DNA from: an uncultured Rivularia sp.
GTDB lineage: Bacteria; Cyanobacteriota; Cyanobacteriia; Cyanobacteriales; Nostocaceae
DNA length: 64,000 nt
Assembly: GCA_963665115.1 (NCBI GenBank)
Contig: OY762007.1
Location: 7,616,001-7,680,000, forward strand
Direction of reading: 5' to 3'
Shown here: positions 11,038 through 21,464 of the stretch, one piece after another
Position numbering within the stretch: the first letter of the stretch is position 1
Layout of the letters: each line of letters begins with the position of its first letter
The notes under the pieces: generated by a model
Seen by the model: the letters and a program-made list of their open reading frames with translations, nothing else
What the model was told of the DNA's origin: nothing
Databases searched by the model: none
Program-made: the position numbers and the translations under genes

Positions 11038-12219
11038 ATGAAAAACAATAAATTATTTTCTGCTTTTTTTAGTGCTGGTATTGGTGCATTATTATTACTG
11101 CAAGGCTGTGGTAGCGACAATATTAATAGCAATATTACCAGTAACGCGATTAAAAAAGCTGAATCAACTAAACCTGTGGATCCTTTAGCGAAATTTGACA
11201 AAGCAAAATCTGCTAAATTAACCGATACAGCAAAATTGCTCGCGGGAATGGAAGTTGATAGTCAAAGTACTTTAGCTAAAGTACAGCAAGTTAAAGGTTG
11301 GAATTCCCATCAGAATTACTATAAAAATGCCTGGAGTAAATTAGAAAATCAGCAGTTAGCAAAGGTAAGAGAATGGAGAAACAAGGAATTACAAGCAATT
11401 AATGCGAAAACTCCAACAGTTTTCTATCCTTTCAGCGGACCAGATTTTCTTTACTCTTTCTCTTTATTTCCTCAAGCTAAAGAATTGATTTTAGTTGGCT
11501 TAGAGCCAGTAGGTAGCGTTCCAGATTTTGCTAAACTTTCTGCTAACGAAAGTAATAGAGCATTAAGTAAAGCCAGAAGTTCTTTATCAGAGATTTTACA
11601 ATTCAGCTTCTTTCGTACTAATGACATGAGAGTTGATTTGCAAAAGCAAGGAGTTTTACCAATTTTGTACGTGTTTATGGCACGCACTAATAATCGCATC
11701 CTCGATTTACAATATATTGGCTTGGATAAAAATGCTAAAGTCAAGCAATTTGAAAAAGGAATGGTTCCGGGAGTCAAAATTGCTTTTGTCCCCCAAGGAG
11801 AATCAGAACCTCGTACTTTGTATTATTTTTCTACAGATTTATCGAATTCAGGTTTAACAAAACATCCCGAATTAACGCAGTTTATAAGTCAACTCAACGA
11901 ACCCGTAACTTATCTAAAAGCTGCTTCTTACTTAATGTATAACAATAGCTTCTCGGGTATTAGAGATACAATTTTGGCAACCAGCAGTCACGTATTGCAA
12001 GATGATTCTGGAATGCCTTTAAAATCTTTTGATAATGCTAAATGGGATTTAGAATTCTACGGTAATTATACTCGTCCTATCGGTTTATTTAGCAATCGCT
12101 ATCAATCCGATTTGAAACGGGTTTATGCAAATAAGAATGATATTCAGCCTTTAGATTTTGGTATTGGCTATAAATTTAACGTGAATCAGTCAAATTTGAT
12201 GTTAGCTAAGACGAAATAA
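11038..12219 (+). CDS. Uncharacterised lipoprotein
   Basis: Signal peptide with lipobox LLQG-C; enzyme-like motifs FYPFSGPDFL, YLKAASYLM, LQDDSGMP. Confidence 0.75.
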   Translation: MKNNKLFSAFFSAGIGALLLLQGCGSDNINSNITSNAIKKAESTKPVDPLAKFDKAKSAKLTDTAKLLAGMEVDSQSTLAKVQQVKGWNSHQNYYKNAWSKLENQQLAKVREWRNKELQAINAKTPTVFYPFSGPDFLYSFSLFPQAKELILVGLEPVGSVPDFAKLSANESNRALSKARSSLSEILQFSFFRTNDMRVDLQKQGVLPILYVFMARTNNRILDLQYIGLDKNAKVKQFEKGMVPGVKIAFVPQGESEPRTLYYFSTDLSNSGLTKHPELTQFISQLNEPVTYLKAASYLMYNNSFSGIRDTILATSSHVLQDDSGMPLKSFDNAKWDLEFYGNYTRPIGLFSNRYQSDLKRVYANKNDIQPLDFGIGYKFNVNQSNLMLAKTK

Positions 12220-12240
12220 TTAATATCAACCCTAATTGAT

Positions 12241-12267
12241 GGAGACGTAGCACTGCTACGTCTCTAC
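12241..12267. repeat. GTAGAGACG-family REP-like palindrome
   Basis: GAGACGTAGCACTGCTACGTCTCTAC between convergent genes. Related copies at 16368-16419, 24268-24292, 30178-30203, 42701-42725, 52784-52810 and 63718-63742. Confidence 0.8.
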
Positions 12268-12295
12268 ATTGGTTATTGGTTACGACAAAATATTA

Positions 12296-13390
12296 TTAAT
12301 AATCGATCGCCCAATATTTAAATGCTGGATGTTTTCCACCGATTGCCTCATTTACAATTCTTTCACAGATTTTCAACCCGTTTTGGCTGTTAGTTAAAAT
12401 TACGATTCCCGTTTTTAAATCTTTGGAAGCGACAATAAAACTTTTAAAAGTCACTAAATCACCCCAATGCCAAAAAAAGTTACCTTTATTTGTTTTTTCT
12501 AATCCCCAACCCAAACCCCAATCGAGAGAATAGCTCAATTTTATTTGGGGAGTTAGCATCTGCACTAAACTTGCTTCCGTCAAATAATTACTATCAACAG
12601 TTCCCGGATTCATCATCGCGATCGCAAATTTAGCGTATTCATCAGCAGTGGTACGTAAACTTCCGGCTGAGCTTGCAGCTTTCGGTTTACTCATTGCTCT
12701 GGGTTTAGCTTGACGATTATGTCCGTAACTGGCAATTCCTGCATATTCAGGTTGCCAAATTAAACTACTACTATTCATCCCCCAAGGCTTTAAAATTTGC
12801 TGTTGTAAATATGCTTCTAAAGGTTGTTGGGTAATTTTTTCAACTACGTTTTGTAAATATAAAAAACCCTCTCCAGAATAACCAAACTTTGTTCCCGGAT
12901 TATTCTTAAACCATACAGGTTTACTACCGCTCCAATTAGGAAAACCAGTAGTATGAGACAATACTCTACGAGCAGTTACTTTGTTAATTCTAAGATCGGA
13001 AATTAAAGGTTTATTCGTGTATTTTGTTAAAGGTGCATCTAAATCAATTTCTCCTCTTTCAGCCATTTTTAAGACTGCATAACCAAACAATGGTTTAGTC
13101 AAGGATGCAGCAGCAAAGATAGTTTCGTTATTAACCGATGTTTTTCTATATTTGTGTTTTATTCCAAAGCTTTTATTCCAAAATAATTCCCCATCCCGAA
13201 TCATTGCCACAGAAATTCCGGGAATTCCAGAATTTTGCATTAACTTGGGAATTTGCGCTTCTATATTACCAGTTACAGTTTCTGCTGCGGAAACAGAATC
13301 GGCGAGTAATTTAAGTAAGCTAACAGAAGAAAGACTGGCTATAGCGGTTGTACCTTGTTTGATAAACTTTCTGCGGGATATTTCGGACAT
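12296..13390 (-). CDS. Tat-exported serine hydrolase, beta-lactamase/AmpC-like family
   Basis: SRRKFIK twin-arginine signal; SxxK (ASLTK), LSHTTG, YSG and WHWGD motifs. Confidence 0.88.
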   Translation of the reverse strand: MSEISRRKFIKQGTTAIASLSSVSLLKLLADSVSAAETVTGNIEAQIPKLMQNSGIPGISVAMIRDGELFWNKSFGIKHKYRKTSVNNETIFAAASLTKPLFGYAVLKMAERGEIDLDAPLTKYTNKPLISDLRINKVTARRVLSHTTGFPNWSGSKPVWFKNNPGTKFGYSGEGFLYLQNVVEKITQQPLEAYLQQQILKPWGMNSSSLIWQPEYAGIASYGHNRQAKPRAMSKPKAASSAGSLRTTADEYAKFAIAMMNPGTVDSNYLTEASLVQMLTPQIKLSYSLDWGLGWGLEKTNKGNFFWHWGDLVTFKSFIVASKDLKTGIVILTNSQNGLKICERIVNEAIGGKHPAFKYWAIDY

Positions 13391-13510
13391 TGTAGAGATT
13401 TTTATAGTGCTATTTAATTAGAATTTAAATAAGATATAAAAGTTTCGATTATTTGTTTGTAGTAAGGGCTTTAGCCCTTTGATGAGAGGGTTAAAACCCT
13501 TACTACGAAC

Positions 13511-14911
13511 TTAAGATTTTTTCGGTAAATTACGCGGAGGTGTTTCCTCTCCTTGATACATCCGCTTTTCTAATCTCCCCAAACCAAACCATGCGCCGCC
13601 TAATAAAAGAAATGCCGCAGAAAACAATAAGGGTAAAATTACTGTATTAGATTGTAATAAATTTATTAAGGGTATCATTGCCCAAGTTGCCGCTGCGAGA
13701 AGTGCAATCGCCATTCTTAATTTCTGAATATTCGCGAGTGCTTTACTACAGCTTCCACAATGTTTGGTATGGGAATGATATCTATCTAAAAGTTCTTCGT
13801 TTGATAATCTTGGTGGTAAAGTTTCTCCCGGAAATGGATTTGCGTTATATTTATTCACCCATTCTCGCAATTTTGATACATAGGTGTCTGCTTTAGTGGG
13901 TAGATAAAATGCTTTATTAAAATTGGCACTTCCACCAGATTCTTCTAGGAAACGCTCTTGATAGTGGAGGAAAATTTGATCGTCTTCCAAAATCCGATTA
14001 TTACTGATGTGAGAATACCACCTTGGAGTTAGCTTAATAAAGAAAGCGGGTAGTTTTGCAGAGAATTTGAAGGGGAAAAGCGCAAATAAACGACATTCGC
14101 CTTTACGGATCGGTGTTGCGTAAACAACCGTCAAAGTTCTACCAAATTTCTTCGATGTTAAATCGTGACATACTAATCCCGGTGCGACAAAAGCTGTATC
14201 CTGTTTTCCTAAAGTACCTTTTCTTGGCCCATCTTGCCAAACTCCGGTAAAACCATTTTTACCAGATTCAACTACTTCTAATTCTACGGGTGAGACGCTA
14301 TCTCTATTACCGACGGTAGCGTGATGGGTAAAAGGAATATGACTGGAATCGATAACATTTTCTAACAAAGTTAAAGCATCATAAGGTAAATCTCGAAAGG
14401 TATTTAACACAACCCATTCATCAGGTGTTTCTTCAATAGCTTCAATAATCGGAACTTGAATATTTTCTGCATTTTCCGGGTTTCCGGGGAAGATAAATAA
14501 TAATCCTTGTTTTACGGTTATCGGAAAAGATTTAACACAGGCTCTTTGGGAAGTTTCAGCTTTTGTACCTTCGGGCTGCTGGGGAATGCGTTCGCAATTA
14601 CCATTACCAGAAAAAGCCCAACCATGATAGGGACATTCTAAAAGTCCATCTTCGGCAATTCTTCCTTCGGATAAAGGTACGAGACGATGAGGACATTTAT
14701 CTTCAAAAACTCGCCAGGAAGAAGTTTGTTTATCCCACCAAATTACAATGTCTTTATTAAGGATGGTAAAACGGGTAAGTTTGGATTTATCTAAGTCGTC
14801 AATATAATGAATGGGATACCAAGCTTCAAGTACATCAAATTGATTTGGATTTGTACCACCAGCGGGTAATTTATCGTTTTTATTGGAGGTTTTGGTGAGG
14901 GTTGATGTCAT
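13511..14911 (-). CDS. Rieske non-heme iron oxygenase, pheophorbide a oxygenase (PAO/Tic55)-like
   Basis: Rieske CPHR...CPYHGW; ENVIDSSHIPFTHH mononuclear Fe site; HTKHCGSC; two C-terminal TM segments. Confidence 0.9.
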   Translation of the reverse strand: MTSTLTKTSNKNDKLPAGGTNPNQFDVLEAWYPIHYIDDLDKSKLTRFTILNKDIVIWWDKQTSSWRVFEDKCPHRLVPLSEGRIAEDGLLECPYHGWAFSGNGNCERIPQQPEGTKAETSQRACVKSFPITVKQGLLFIFPGNPENAENIQVPIIEAIEETPDEWVVLNTFRDLPYDALTLLENVIDSSHIPFTHHATVGNRDSVSPVELEVVESGKNGFTGVWQDGPRKGTLGKQDTAFVAPGLVCHDLTSKKFGRTLTVVYATPIRKGECRLFALFPFKFSAKLPAFFIKLTPRWYSHISNNRILEDDQIFLHYQERFLEESGGSANFNKAFYLPTKADTYVSKLREWVNKYNANPFPGETLPPRLSNEELLDRYHSHTKHCGSCSKALANIQKLRMAIALLAAATWAMIPLINLLQSNTVILPLLFSAAFLLLGGAWFGLGRLEKRMYQGEETPPRNLPKKS

Positions 14912-15044
14912 TTTTATTGGTAGCTTGGAATAATTAATATTTTATTATTAACCGCAGAGGGCACGAAGAGCGCAGAGGGAAGAGGTTTAGGAGAGGCTTT
15001 TTTCGCGCAGCGTAACGCACCATTGTCTTAATTCATAATTCATA

Positions 15045-15653
15045 TTAATCCAACCCATCCTGCACTATCCATACCAAAGTTCCTAATAATTGTTCTACTG
15101 GCAAAATTCTATATTCTGTAAAATCAATCGTGACAATATCTTCTTCTAATTTCAAAAAATTCCATATATTTCCATTAGTAACGCTTCCATAAATAATCGA
15201 TACAGATTCATCATTTTTCGCATTAAATTTCTGTGCAGCAACCATTTGAGCTATACACTGTCCTAAAGCATATTTGAAGTTTTCTTTTTTCGCTTCTATA
15301 ATTACAAATGCTGGTGCTTCAATAAATAACTGTTCGGGAGAAAGGCTAAGAATAAAATCGCAACAGCCCGTTAATCCTAAGTTTTTATCAACGTCGAAAT
15401 CTTCCCCCGAAAAAAAGCTGATTTCTTTATTCAAAATCTTTCTGACTTCAAATAAAATCGGACTAATAATAAGTTCCGAACGTGCTTTTCCCGAACCCAT
15501 CGCAATTGCTAAAGGAATACTTTCTTCTAAATATTCTGCTATGTAAGGATTTGGGGTAACAGGTTTAATTTCTGGAAGAAATTTTTCATCTCCAACTAAT
15601 GTTAAATCAAATTTTTGTGTTACTTCGGAAATAGTAAAATCTTTGTAGGGCAT
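15045..15653 (-). CDS. Hypothetical PD-(D/E)xK-like protein, tandem paralogue 1
   Basis: CDF...IIEAKK motif; aligns end to end with the neighbouring ORF. Confidence 0.7.
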   Translation of the reverse strand: MPYKDFTISEVTQKFDLTLVGDEKFLPEIKPVTPNPYIAEYLEESIPLAIAMGSGKARSELIISPILFEVRKILNKEISFFSGEDFDVDKNLGLTGCCDFILSLSPEQLFIEAPAFVIIEAKKENFKYALGQCIAQMVAAQKFNAKNDESVSIIYGSVTNGNIWNFLKLEEDIVTIDFTEYRILPVEQLLGTLVWIVQDGLD

Positions 15654-15712
15654 GAATTGCAAATATAATTAATATAATAGATAGAAACTGATAGGAAAAA
15701 ACACAATTGACA

Positions 15713-16321
15713 TTAATTTAATCCATCTCGCACCATCCACACTAAAATTCCTAGCAACTTTTCCACTGGAGGAATCAAATATTCCATCAAATCAATTGTT
15801 ACGGTGGTATCTTCTAATTTCAAAAAACTCCATAAGTTTCCGCTAGTAACGCTTCCATATACAGTTGGTATCGACTTATTGTTTTCTATATTAAATTTCT
15901 GCGCTGCAACCATTTCAGCAATGCACTGTCCTAAACCACCTTTGAGATTTTCTTTTTTAGCTTCTATGATTACAATGGCTGGTGCTTCAATAAATAGTTG
16001 TTCTGGAGAACGACTTATCAAAAAATCACAAAATCCTGTTAGTCCGACGGTAGCATCAACGTTAAACTCTTCACCGGAAAAAAAGCTAATTTCTTCATTA
16101 AAAAGCTTTCTGACTTCAAATAAAATTGGACTAATAATTAGTTCCGAACGGGCTTTTTCTGAACCCATTGCAATTGCAAGAGGAATACTATCTTTTAAAT
16201 ACTCTAGTAAATAAGGATTTGGTGAAACAGGTTCAACTTCGGGAAGAAAACGTTTACCTTCTACCAATGTAAGATTGAACCTTTGCTTTACTTTTGAAAT
16301 ATTAAATTCTCTATAAGACAT
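15713..16321 (-). CDS. Hypothetical PD-(D/E)xK-like protein, tandem paralogue 2
   Basis: SEKARSELII, CDF...IIEAKK, GLGQCIAEM and YGSVTSG motifs. Confidence 0.7.
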   Translation of the reverse strand: MSYREFNISKVKQRFNLTLVEGKRFLPEVEPVSPNPYLLEYLKDSIPLAIAMGSEKARSELIISPILFEVRKLFNEEISFFSGEEFNVDATVGLTGFCDFLISRSPEQLFIEAPAIVIIEAKKENLKGGLGQCIAEMVAAQKFNIENNKSIPTVYGSVTSGNLWSFLKLEDTTVTIDLMEYLIPPVEKLLGILVWMVRDGLN

Positions 16322-16458
16322 AGACTATAAAATATATTTCTCTGCATGATTAATTGTTTCAATAAATGTAGAGACGTGATATTATGCCCTCCGGGCACGC
16401 TGAGCTAACGCGTCTCTACAGGTAAATTCGTGGGTAAATAAGGACGTTTGATATTATA

Positions 16459-18235
16459 TTACGATTTCTTCTTCCTCCCTCTCCCTTTCCCTTTCCCCTC
16501 TCGATGAGTCGCTGCTTTCGCTAACAAAGAATCTGCAAAAGCCACAGCATCGTTTGCTGATTTTCCACCAGCTAACTGCGCTAGTTCATCCCGTCGTTTA
16601 GTCAAGTTATCTAAAGCCGTAATCCTTACCACGGTACGTTCTTCGCCATGTCCGTTATTTTCTTTTTCACCTTTTAAATGATTAATAACTTGTTTATTAA
16701 CGTGGAAATGCCTGTCAGCCATTGCCGCTACTAATGGTTGGTGAGTAACGCATAATACCTGAAGCTGCAAACTTAATTGATGCAGTTTTTCGGCGATGGT
16801 TTGCGCGACTCTACCGGAAACACCAACATCGATTTCGTCAAAAACCATTGTTCCCGGACTATCTGAAGCTGAGAAAGTAGCTTTCAACGCGAGTAAAAAG
16901 CGGCTCATTTCACCACCAGAGGCAGTTTCCGACAAGGGTTGCAGCGGTTCACCTGGATTCGGGCTAAACAAAAAGCTGACTTTATCGCTGCCGTTTGCAG
17001 TGGGAGCAATGGGTGCTAACTCAACTTTAAATTGCACTTTGTCCATTGCTAAGGGTTTAAGTTGACTAATAATTTCTGCTTCCAATAAAGCTGCTATGGC
17101 GCTACGCAATTTAGTTAATTTGTTGCATTCACAAGTCAGTTTATCCAAACATTCTTGTTCTTGTTTTTCTAAACTTTCAATGGTTTTTTCACCATCGTTA
17201 AGTTCGTTTAATTGCGCTTGTATACCGTTATAATGTTCGATAACTTCAGCCAGCGACGGCCCCATATTTACGGCAAATGTGCTTTAATTCCCGAATTCTT
17301 TCTTCTACCTCATCCAATCTTTGGGGATCTGCCTCCAAAGCGTCTCCATAAGCATTAATTTGTCGCGCTACTTCCGTAACTCCTGCCACAGCATCTCTAA
17401 TTAATTCCAACAGTGGCTCAAGTTCCTCGGTGTCGAACTCTACCATATTCATTAAGGTACCTTCGCTGTTTCCCAGCAAGTCCGTAGCTGTGGAACCTCC
17501 GCCATCGCTTTGATATAAATCCTGGTAAACTTTGTAACTCATCTGTTGCAATTCAACAACATGATTGAGACGTTCTTGCTCTTGTAAAAGCTTGTCTAAT
17601 TCGTTGGGTTCGTCAAGATTTGCCTCTCCCAATTCTTTCGCTTGATAAGTCAGTAAATCGAGTTTTTGTAACCTTTCCCGTTCCGAAGTACGACGACGTT
17701 CTAACAACAAATGCGCTTCATGATAGCGACTGAAAGCAGCAGCCACAATAGAACGCTGCTTTGTTATCCCATCGCCACCGTAAGAATCCAACCAGTTGCG
17801 AACCTGTGTAGATTGTCCTACCAGTGCGTTTTGTCCTTGAGCGGTAATTTCCACCAAGCGTTCCCGCAAACTGTTCATTAACTGGCGATTTACCAAAACA
17901 CCATTCACCCGCGAACGACTGCGGACACTACTAGTATTTGCGGTAACTTCACGACTGATTACTACTGAATTTTCATCAAGTAAATCTATTTCCTGTTCGG
18001 TTAACCAAGCAGCCAAAGCAGAATTAGAACTAAAAGTACCTTCGATCGTGGCTCGTTTGCTGCCAGTGCGAATTACGCGACTAGAGACTTTTCCACCTAA
18101 AACAGCATCGATAGCATCAAGAATAATCGATTTACCAGCGCCGGTTTCACCCGTAAGTACATTTAACCCAGCACCGAATTCTAAATCTAATTTGTCAATT
18201 AAAGCAAAGTTCTCTATATAAAGGGAGAGCAACAT
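16459..18235 (-). CDS. recN: DNA repair protein RecN; one +1 frameshift at 17260-17263
   Basis: Walker A GETGAGKS, signature SGGE, FDEIDVGVSG and CVTHQP. Deleting one base gives ...ICRKYGPSLAEV... Confidence 0.95.
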
Positions 18236-18588
18236 TCAGCCAAATTCTCCGTTAAGGCAGACGCGGGATAGTTCTACAGTTTGAGATACTAGGAATTGAA
18301 AGCAATGTAATCCCCGAACAAGTGTACCAAACTTAGTTTAAAAGGTTAGAGGTCTGCATGTCAAAGGTTAAAGGTAATAACTCACGTTCAATGTGAATCA
18401 AGTGCCCAAACCACTATTATCACATTGATAATTTCAAAATTGAGATTTAAGTAGGCTTCAAAACCGTTATAGAAAAAGAGGCATTTTTATTCACATCACT
18501 CCTCACTCCTAACCTTTGACCTGATGGGTTACACTTATGAAAGCGATTGTTACAATACTTAACTTTTGAACTGCCGTGCCGTAAATTC

Positions 18589-20590
18589 ATGAATATGAAG
18601 ACAGTTCCTCCAAAATCCACACCAACAGAGACAAATTTAGTGCTTGCAGAAAATAGAGTAGATACCACTACTGTTGAATTCCCAAGTTCAATAGAACGCC
18701 GAAAGAGTAGTTTGTTAGAAGAGACAACAAGCGAGCATTTAGGATTGCGTTACGATGCTTCGGGAATCGCAGCGCATTATCGAAAAAGACGTTTGCAGGT
18801 TTGGGGGCGCATATTCACGGTTTTAGCTCCTGCTATTAGCTTTGCTTTTGGCGTGTGGTTTGATAGAAAACTTGGTAAAAAAGTCAAAACTGACCGTCGT
18901 CGCGCAGTTCAATTGCGAGAATTATTGACAAGGTTGGGGCCAGCATATATTAAAATCGGACAGGCATTGTCCACAAGACCGGATTTAGTTCCTCCGGTGT
19001 ATTTAGAAGAATTTACTCAGCTGCAAGATAAATTACCACCTTTTCCTAACGAGTTAGCTTATCAGTTTATTGAAGAAGAAATCGGAGCGCGTCCAGAAGA
19101 AATTTATACCGACCTGACACCAGACCCCAATCGCCGCAGCTTCTTTAGGACAAGTTTACAGAGGCAAGTTAAAAAGTACTGGTGAAGAAGTCGCCGTTAA
19201 AGTTCAACGTCCCGACTTACGCGAACGTATAACCATTGACTTATATATCCTACGTATATTGGCAGCTTGGGGGCAAAAAGCCATCAAGCAAGTACGCAGC
19301 GATTTAGTAGGTATTCTCGATGAATTAGGCGAGCGTATCTTTGAGGAGATGGATTACGTTAATGAAGGCGAAAATGCCGAGCGTTTTTTCCAGCTTTACG
19401 GTCATTTAAAAGACGTATACGTTCCTAAAATATACTGGGAATATACCAACCGTCGCGTATTGACGATGGAGTGGATTAACGGACTTAAATTAACTCAAGT
19501 AAAAGAAATTGCCGCTTTAGGAATAGATGCTCGTTATTTAGTAGAAGTAGGGGTTCAATGTTCCTTACGTCAGTTATTAGAACACGGATTTTTCCACGCA
19601 GATCCGCACCCCGGTAACTTATTAGCTACCCCAGATGGAAAATTAGCTTATCTCGACTTCGGGATGATGAGCGAGATTAAACCACCGCAACGTTACGGTT
19701 TAATTGAGGCGATCGTTCACGTAGTTAACCGCGATTTCGACTCTTTAGCCCACGACTACGTTAAATTAGACTTTTTAACACCAGATGTCGATTTAACACC
19801 AATTATTCCAGCATTTGCGAACGTATTCGCCGACGCTCAAGGTGCTTCCGTTGCCGATTTAAACATCAAAACTATCACCGATGATTTATCGAATTTGATG
19901 TACGAATATCCCTTCCGCGTACCACCTTATTACGCTTTGATTATTCGTTCCTTGGTAACATTAGAAGGTGTGGCGATATATATCGATCCTAATTTTAAAG
20001 TTCTCAGCGAAGCATATCCCTATGTTTCCAAAAGATTATTAACCGATCCATCGCCAGAATTAAGAGCTTCATTAAAAGACTTACTATTTAAAGATGGTAG
20101 TTTCCGCTGGAATCGTTTAGAAAACTTGTTGAAAAATGCTCGGAATTCATATGATTATGATTCTAGCGATGCATTGAATCAAGGATTAGAATTTTTAGCA
20201 TCAGAGCGCGGTGCTTTTATTCGTACTAAATTGGTAGATGAGCTATTTAAAGGAGTGGATGCATTAGGTAGAAGCGTGATGCACAACTTTACTCATTTAT
20301 TACGAGAAAGAGTTGGTGTTACTGCGATTACCGAAGTTCCCGGTGCATCTAGTGAAGAACAACAAACCTTGGAACATATCAAAAATATCATTAAAATTCT
20401 GCAAGAAGGCGGTAATTTTGATTTATCGAAAACCATTGATCAAATTAGTAAACTTGTAGTTAATCCCAACGTACAAACTATAGGACAAAAAATTGCCTCT
20501 CAAGTCGCGCAGAAAGCAGCAGCAAGAGTGTTGAGAGAATTGTTGGTGACTGAAGAAGTTGAAAGGAAGCAGTTACCAGCAGGAAGTTAG
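18589..20590 (+). CDS. ABC1/UbiB/AarF family atypical kinase; one +1 frameshift at 19125-19128
   Basis: IKIGQALSTRPD; after removing one C, PIAAASLGQVY...VAVKVQRP; then HADPHPGN and DFG. Confidence 0.92.
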
Positions 20591-20946
20591 GAGTTCAGAA
20601 TTAATAGAATAACTGGCGGTTGAAACCGCACGCCATTTGCTACAACGGGGGGAACCCCCGCAACGCAATGGCTCGTCTACACAAGCAAAGCCCACCCACG
20701 TGGGTTATTTTTTTGGTTTTTATTTATAGAAGAATATCTTATTTGTAGGTTGGGTTAGACGCACTAATATTTTTGATAGTTATTAAAGCGTAAAAATGCG
20801 CCGTAACCCAACATCTACATTTTGGTTTTATATGAGATTACCCAATACATATTAATAGTAAAGCCTGATATATGATTTGACCTACGAACTTACTTTATTT
20901 AAGGGACTTGCAAGAAATAAATTATCCAAAAAAAATCAAAAGATAA

Positions 20947-21255
20947 TATTTATTTTATAAGGCTGATGAATGTTTAATCAAAGTTGCTGGAGTCATTAAC
21001 AACTGTGCCAAGCGAGCAATTGATTTAGTAGCGTGTTATCGAGAAAAGCAATTTGCGGCGATCTTACTTAATACCGATGCTGACGGGGCGTTTTATGTTT
21101 CTCGATTGATAGGGATTGAATTCCAAAAGCTGAAAATTGCCGATATAAGTTTGAGTTTGGCTATTGCAAATATGATTCCTTGCAACGACGTGGAAGCGGA
21201 AGCGTTGATTGTTGCAACGGAGGAAGAGTTAGGAGTGACTAAGACTGAAGGTTAA
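20947..21255 (+). pseudogene. Degenerate, startless GGDEF-domain remnant
   Basis: Not in the ORF track. Reads ADECLIKVA...KRAIDLVACYREKQFAAILLNTDADGA...SLSLAIA...KTEG*, i.e. the diguanylate-cyclase pattern with GG(D/E)EF replaced by REKQF. In-frame stop at 20944. Confidence 0.7.
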
Positions 21256-21464
21256 ATTATCAATTACCAATTACCAATTACCAATTACCAATCCCTAACC
21301 CCAATTCCCCATACCCAATTCCCCGTGCCCATTCCCTGCAAAAATACGCAAAATGTGCTAAAATTGTACCAAATAATGGCGATTATTCAAGCATCATTTG
21401 GAATAATTTGGCTTTTTTTCTGATTTAAGCCCTAAAATTTGCGATTTTTGGAGTTTTTTAGGTT

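Noticed and set aside
17246..17265. Programmed frameshifting or a genuinely split recN (and likewise cyaB1 and the ABC1 kinase)
   Set aside because: No slippery heptamer or stimulatory structure is evident, and the same +1 homopolymer pattern in six unrelated genes is better explained by sequencing error.
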